Origin: Candidatus Cloacimonadota bacterium
Lineage (GTDB): Bacteria > Cloacimonadota > Cloacimonadia > Cloacimonadales > TCS61
Direction of reading: 5' to 3'
NCBI GenBank assembly: GCA_021734835.1
Contig: JAIPIH010000004.1
Location: 30,423 to 94,422, forward strand
Length of the DNA: 64,000 nt
Shown: one piece after another, positions 59,029-64,000 of the stretch
Layout of the letters: each line of letters opens with the position of its first letter
How positions within the stretch are numbered: the first letter of the stretch is position 1
Translations under genes and position numbers: made by a program
The notes under the pieces: model-generated
Told to the model about the DNA's origin: nothing
What the model saw: only the letters and a program-made list of their open reading frames with translations
The model's database searches: none

Positions 59029-61177
59029 TATTTTCTTCCTCTTTGTAAAGTGGTAAAGTAACAATAAAAGTAGTTCCCTCATCAATTTTACTGGATACGG
59101 TGATCCTGCCTTTTAATAATTCTAAAATTTTTTGGGTAAGATGCAGTCCCAGACCGGTTCCCTCATATTTCTTTGTTAAAGTAGAATCTATCTGTTGAAA
59201 AGGTTCGAAGAGCTTGCCAACATCCTTTTCTTTGATACCTATACCAGTATCCGATACCATGATTTTAAGCCAATTTCCCTGTTCAACTTCAGAGCTGATC
59301 GTAACACTACCCTGCTCAGTGAATTTAACGGCATTGCTCAATAAATTCAAGATGATTTGTGTAAATCTTCTTCTATCGCTAAACTGTTCTATTATACCGG
59401 CAAAATTGAAATCTAATGTAATCCCTTTCTCACTCGCTTTGGGCTGGATGGATTTTACCAATTCGCTTATAACTTCATTCACTTCGAATCTTTCCCGTGT
59501 CAATTCAACTTTACCTGCTTCGACCTTGGAAATATCAAGAATATCATTGATCAGATCAAGTAGGTGGTGAGCACTTTTTTTGACGATATTCAACTGTTTA
59601 CGCTGTTCATCAGTTAGATCACACACCATACCCATCAGAAGTATTCCTGTGAAACCAATTATAGAATTCAGCGGCGTTCGTAATTCATGACTCATACTTG
59701 CTAGAAAGATTGATTTTAGCCTATCAGCTTCTTTCAGATTTACATTGGCAACATTCAGTTCCTGTGTCCTCTTCTGCAGTTCTTTAGTTCGTATTTCCAC
59801 CAGATTTTCCAAATGTTTTCGATGGAGTTCCAATTGTCGCTCTACTTTCATTCGATCATCAATATCAAGAATAACGCCATGCCAGCGGCGGTTGCCATTC
59901 GCTTGGAGTTTAACTCTGCCAATGGAACGAAACCATTTGATCTTATCTTCATTCAATTTTACCCGATATTCGACATCCATTACATCGTTATCAGTTTCGA
60001 TCTTATCTGATTCTTCCTGCAGCCTTTGCCTATCTTCTGGCAGGATGTATTCAAAAAAGTTGTTAATATCAAATTTTGTTAACTTGCCGACTTCAGCACC
60101 CAGAAATTCTTCGCTTCGATTTGTTTGAATCAAAGGCACGCGTTTCCCTTGTGGATCAATGTCATACATAAAAACCAGCCCCGGGATATTCTCTACAAAG
60201 CTGCGATAAAACTCACGGCTTTCTTCCAACAGTTTCAATGTCTGCTGATGTTCCGAGATTTCCTCTAAAAGGTCAGCATTAGATTGCTGCAATAATCTGG
60301 TTCTATTTTTGAACTGCCATCTCAAGATGAGGGAAGCTATGAGAAAAATTATTATTAAAATAATGAGAAAAATGATTAGCGGCCAAAGCCAATCCGGCAA
60401 GCTCTTTTTGGGATAAAGATCATACTTTTTTAAAATTGTATAATAGATCGAGTCGATTTCATTTTGCCACTCAGTCAGATATGAATCTATCTTTTCGCAT
60501 AGTTCACTGTTGATAACAGCATTCTTCGGAAAAGCATATCTCAATGCAGTGGGATAGAAAATAAAATTATTCTGATGAAGTCCGAATTGCTTTTCAAAGG
60601 CACTGCCAAAAAACCGATTAACTATACCGACATCTGCTTCGCCGGTTTCCACCAGACTAAAAACTTCGTTGTAATCGTCAGTTTCCTGAAAAAGACATTC
60701 AATTCCGTAACGCTCTGCCAGGTTATAAATTCCATTCTGACCTGTAGTAAGAATGCTGCTTCTCATCACTGCCACAGTTTTTCCCTTCAAATCCAGCACT
60801 GAATTGATCTCGGGATGGGATTTCGTGTAGAAACAGCCCCAACTAGTGAGTACAGTTCGCTGATGAAAATCATAGATCTTCTCCCTGGCCACTGAAACAG
60901 CCACATCAGGCATAATATCGATATCCCCGCTCTTTAGATGCTGTAAACATTCTTCCCAAGTTCCGAAGATATATTCCAGCTGCCAGTTCTCATGTTTTGC
61001 AATTTCCTCAAGAAGCTCAGGAAAAATACCTCCAGCTTCTCCGTGTTCGGTTTGATAAATTTTAGGATAATTATTGTATAAACCTACTTTTAACGTAAAA
61101 TTTATCTGCTTTGAGAAAAGAGAAGTGGACAAGATCAATATCAGCAAAAATAAAACAGGCTTCAGTTTGTTACTCAC
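59006..61177 (-). CDS. sensor histidine kinase with periplasmic SBP_bac_3-type sensor, PAS, HisKA and HATPase domains
   Basis: GTG 61177 after GAAGGAG is preferred over the ORF-track start at 61201. Periplasmic GIFPELLEEIAKHENWQLEYIFGTWEECLQHLKSGDIDIM, TM2, PAS, H-box SHELRTPLNSIIGF, DTGIGI and GTGLGL. Confidence 0.85.
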   Translation of the reverse strand: MSNKLKPVLFLLILILSTSLFSKQINFTLKVGLYNNYPKIYQTEHGEAGGIFPELLEEIAKHENWQLEYIFGTWEECLQHLKSGDIDIMPDVAVSVAREKIYDFHQRTVLTSWGCFYTKSHPEINSVLDLKGKTVAVMRSSILTTGQNGIYNLAERYGIECLFQETDDYNEVFSLVETGEADVGIVNRFFGSAFEKQFGLHQNNFIFYPTALRYAFPKNAVINSELCEKIDSYLTEWQNEIDSIYYTILKKYDLYPKKSLPDWLWPLIIFLIILIIIFLIASLILRWQFKNRTRLLQQSNADLLEEISEHQQTLKLLEESREFYRSFVENIPGLVFMYDIDPQGKRVPLIQTNRSEEFLGAEVGKLTKFDINNFFEYILPEDRQRLQEESDKIETDNDVMDVEYRVKLNEDKIKWFRSIGRVKLQANGNRRWHGVILDIDDRMKVERQLELHRKHLENLVEIRTKELQKRTQELNVANVNLKEADRLKSIFLASMSHELRTPLNSIIGFTGILLMGMVCDLTDEQRKQLNIVKKSAHHLLDLINDILDISKVEAGKVELTRERFEVNEVISELVKSIQPKASEKGITLDFNFAGIIEQFSDRRRFTQIILNLLSNAVKFTEQGSVTISSEVEQGNWLKIMVSDTGIGIKEKDVGKLFEPFQQIDSTLTKKYEGTGLGLHLTQKILELLKGRITVSSKIDEGTTFIVTLPLYKEEENNATHISD

Positions 61178-61425
61178 TTTCGCTCCTTCTGAATATATCA
61201 AGTCACTGTTATTATCACCTAATAAACATTCACTAGTTTGTTTTTAAAAATAATTTCAGTCAAGTTCATTTATTCGAAGAAATAATGATCATCAATAAAT
61301 ATTATAAATCAGCTGTTTGGATGTTTTAGTTAGCAACTCACTATCAAATTGAAGTGAAACAATGCCTGTTACTAAATGGAAATGAAGTAAGTTCGGACTG
61401 ATTGACTATTGAAAGAAATTTTAGT

Positions 61426-62517
61426 TTACTTCAGATCATAATTAATTGAGTCTCCAGTATCGAGATCAAAATAATGCGCAAATTCCATTTTGAAAGAAAC
61501 TGATATATTTTCTCCCGGTTTCGTAAAAATTCTTTCTTCTTCACGCAGCAAAAATTTATTATCTTCAATAGCACAAAAGAAAATGATCTCGTTGCCCATC
61601 GGTTCAACAACTTCCACCAGAGCTTTGGTTTTTGCCGCTTTTTCGATCTTGATGTTCTCGGGGCGAATGCCCATCAGTACTTCTTTACCCAGATGATTCT
61701 TCAATTTATCATGAAACTGTTTAGGAACCGTCAACATAATTCCTGGTGCTGAAAACTGGATCCCATCTTTTTTCTCCAATTTTCCTTTTATGAAGTTCAT
61801 GGACGGACTGCCGATGAAACCGGCAACGAACATGTTTTTGGGATGATCATAAAGATTGAGAGGTGTATCCACCTGTTGAATTAAACCTTCATGCAAAACA
61901 GCAATTCTATCACCCATGGTCATGGCTTCTACCTGATCATGAGTCACGTAGATAATAGTTGTATTCAGTCTTTTATGCAGTTTGCTGATCTCAGCGCGCA
62001 TCTGCACTCTCAATTTAGCATCTAAATTGGAAAGAGGTTCATCAAAGAGGAAAACCTTGGGATGACGAACAATGGCTCTGCCTAATGCAACACGCTGCCT
62101 TTGACCTCCCGAAAGCGCTTTCGGTTTGCGCTCCAGCAATTCTTCTAAACCCAGGATCTCAGCTGCTTCTCCCACCATCTTTTTGATCTCGGTTTTAGGA
62201 AGTTTGCGCAGCTTGAGTCCGTAAGCCATGTTATTAAAAACCGTCATGTGCGGATAAAGTGCATAATTTTGAAATACCATGGCAATATCACGATCTTTGG
62301 GTTGGACATTGTTTACAACTTTACCGTCGATGTAGATCTTACCGGATGTAATCTCCTCTAATCCTGCTATCATACGTAAGGTAGTTGATTTGCCGCAACC
62401 GGAAGGTCCTACTAAAACCATAAATTCTTTATCAGCTATTATCAGATCGTTGTCTTTGACAACATGAACTTTGCCATCATAAATTTTATTCACTTTTTCC
62501 AGAACTACTTTAGCCAT
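61426..62517 (-). CDS. sugar ABC transporter ATP-binding protein (MalK/UgpC/MsiK type)
   Basis: Walker [10 protein letters not shown], signature [14 protein letters not shown], Walker [12 protein letters not shown], and a C-terminal regulatory/TOBE-like domain. Confidence 0.85.
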   Translation of the reverse strand: MAKVVLEKVNKIYDGKVHVVKDNDLIIADKEFMVLVGPSGCGKSTTLRMIAGLEEITSGKIYIDGKVVNNVQPKDRDIAMVFQNYALYPHMTVFNNMAYGLKLRKLPKTEIKKMVGEAAEILGLEELLERKPKALSGGQRQRVALGRAIVRHPKVFLFDEPLSNLDAKLRVQMRAEISKLHKRLNTTIIYVTHDQVEAMTMGDRIAVLHEGLIQQVDTPLNLYDHPKNMFVAGFIGSPSMNFIKGKLEKKDGIQFSAPGIMLTVPKQFHDKLKNHLGKEVLMGIRPENIKIEKAAKTKALVEVVEPMGNEIIFFCAIEDNKFLLREEERIFTKPGENISVSFKMEFAHYFDLDTGDSINYDLK

Positions 62518-62750
62518 TTATTCCTCCAAGAATATTTGATGCATTCTATTCTTCGCTATATCCTGAAAGACATCGGGACATTCAGGATGACAGTTTACTG
62601 AAATTTTTCACACTAATTTGTTCGGAATTCCTCCTGGATTTCAAAACCAAACTTATCGAAGTATCGCCCTTTATTTCAAAATTATAACTTAAACTGGCGA
62701 AAGTCAAAACCAGTATGAAGTTCTAAAACCTACGCAAGGATGTAATCATT

Positions 62751-64000
62751 TTAATTTTCTAGAACATAAAATCTTCTTTTGTATTTAGAAATTCCGGGTA
62801 AACTCAACCTTAAATTACCGTCGTTATTCACTGCGATGTTTCTAAAAGCTGAATTAGAATCTCCTTCGAAAATTTGATAATCTCCCTTCTGAAGATTGGT
62901 ATGTTTCGCTGCAACTTGGAGTGCTTCAGTTGTCTTTCCAAAATTATAAACCATTAAAACTATATCATTTTCAAAGATCCTTAACATTACCAGTACATTT
63001 TCCTCTTCACAATCCAATATCTGCATAGTTCCTTTTCTCAAAGCTGGATGTTCAGATCGCAGAGAGATCATTTCACGGTAAACTTGCCACAAAGAATTTT
63101 CATGCTTCTGTTCTTTTTTAACATTAAAATCTTTATAATTTTCATTCACTTTGTGCCAAGGTTCAGTTTTGCTGAATCCTCCAAATTCGTCAGAATTCCA
63201 CTGCATGGGCGTTCTAATGTTCGGATCCGGCTTACTACCCGTCATACCAATTTCTTCACCATAGTAGATAAAAGGAATACCAGGCAAGCCTAAGTAAAGT
63301 TCAGCTGCAAATTTAGCTTTTTCTATGTCAAAAGCCAGCTGGTTCATTACTCTATTTTGATCGTGATTTGTCAAAAATGTACCATATTGATGATAAGGAT
63401 AAGTCACAATTACTTCCTGCAGTTTATCTTTTAATTCCGATACTGAAGAATTATTCACGGCAAAAATTATCGTATTTGCCAGATCAAATTCGAAACAAAA
63501 ATCAAAGCGATGATCTAGGTACTTCACAACCATATCTGAACTATCCCAAGCTTCTCCCACAGCCAGTGCATCAGGGTTTAGCTTTTTGTAATAATCATTA
63601 AATTGTCGCCACCACTCAAAAGTTCGCGGAACATTTTCTAAAATTTCACCTTCTTCAAAAATATGCTTTGCAGCATCACAGCGAAAGCCGTCCACTTTCA
63701 TCTTTTGCAGCCAGAATTTCGTCAGCGAAAGCATTTCATTTCTCACAGCTTTAGTCTCGTAATTCAGATCAGGCATCCCACTCCAGAAAAGTCCATAATA
63801 ATAATCGTCATCAGCTTCGTGCCACACAGGTTGTCCCCAAGGTCCTAAATAATCAGGTTTGGATCTTTTCCAGCGAAACCAATTCCTGAAATAAATATCA
63901 CCTGCTTTCGCTTTTTCAAACCAGGGATGCTGATTAGAGCAATGATTCATTACAAAATCAACAATGACTTTAATGCCTCGTTTGTGACATTCCTCCATGA
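62751..64000 (-). CDS. GH13 alpha-amylase family glycoside hydrolase, partial (5' end beyond window)
   Basis: The four GH13 conserved regions are present: DFVMNHCS, GFRCDAAKH, GEAWD and FLTNHDQNR. The ORF remains open at base 64000. Confidence 0.85.
   Translation of the reverse strand, partial: MEECHKRGIKVIVDFVMNHCSNQHPWFEKAKAGDIYFRNWFRWKRSKPDYLGPWGQPVWHEADDDYYYGLFWSGMPDLNYETKAVRNEMLSLTKFWLQKMKVDGFRCDAAKHIFEEGEILENVPRTFEWWRQFNDYYKKLNPDALAVGEAWDSSDMVVKYLDHRFDFCFEFDLANTIIFAVNNSSVSELKDKLQEVIVTYPYHQYGTFLTNHDQNRVMNQLAFDIEKAKFAAELYLGLPGIPFIYYGEEIGMTGSKPDPNIRTPMQWNSDEFGGFSKTEPWHKVNENYKDFNVKKEQKHENSLWQVYREMISLRSEHPALRKGTMQILDCEEENVLVMLRIFENDIVLMVYNFGKTTEALQVAAKHTNLQKGDYQIFEGDSNSAFRNIAVNNDGNLRLSLPGISKYKRRFYVLEN

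Larger units (their letters stand above)
58361..59094. repeat. right copy of the long direct repeat (tcdA tail + spacer + intact RR + HK tail)
   Basis: Aligns with 50153-50579 (see the left copy). Confidence 0.9.

Noticed and set aside
62560-62588. 8-bp perfect hairpin (ATCCTGAA / TTCAGGAT) between the GH13 gene and the ABC ATPase gene, as a terminator
   Set aside because: It has a 13-nt loop and no U-tract on the minus strand. It could be a leader structure, but the evidence is too weak to call.

Overview
AT-rich (roughly mid-30s % GC by eye) bacterial chromosomal window, densely coding, with no rRNA, tRNA or CRISPR array found. All gene calls come from motif recognition in the supplied translations and my own reading of the DNA; no database search was run. 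T9SS-type C-terminal sorting domains and the overall gene content suggest an FCB-group or Cloacimonadota-like anaerobe, but this is a low-confidence inference.

Most of the window is ordinary housekeeping:
- dapF tail, a rodZ-like gene, a fused radical-SAM gene, ispG and a short BamA-like gene.
- An NYN-CSD protein, Ppx/GppA and DAHP synthase.
- gltX, a GNAT gene, holB, glnS and a Na/Pi transporter.
- An M20 amidohydrolase and alr.
- A minus-strand block: GT2, surE, pcm, a small export protein and a T9SS beta-helix cargo.
- rocD, an ABC binding protein and permease, and thiamine pyrophosphokinase.
- The classic rimP-nusA-ylxR-ylxQ-infB-rbfA-nrnA-truB-ribF operon followed by radA.
- trmFO, queC, an NFACT protein, tatD and tcdA.

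The one clearly unusual locus is 50.15-59.1 kb. A complete five-gene CusCBA-type Cu(I)/Ag(I) efflux operon lies between two about 3 % diverged direct copies of the same chromosomal segment (tcdA tail, response regulator, histidine-kinase tail).
- The operon starts with a Cys/Met-rich secreted protein and a secreted tandem-YHS protein.
- The left repeat copy carries a microhomology deletion.
- Both edges of the insert are padded with gene wreckage: a decayed receiver-domain fragment on the left and a high-GC T9SS sorting-domain relic with in-frame stops on the right.
- No integrase or transposase is visible.

I found no convincing wholly novel multi-gene system elsewhere. The other findings are domain-architecture or synteny oddities of modest interest.
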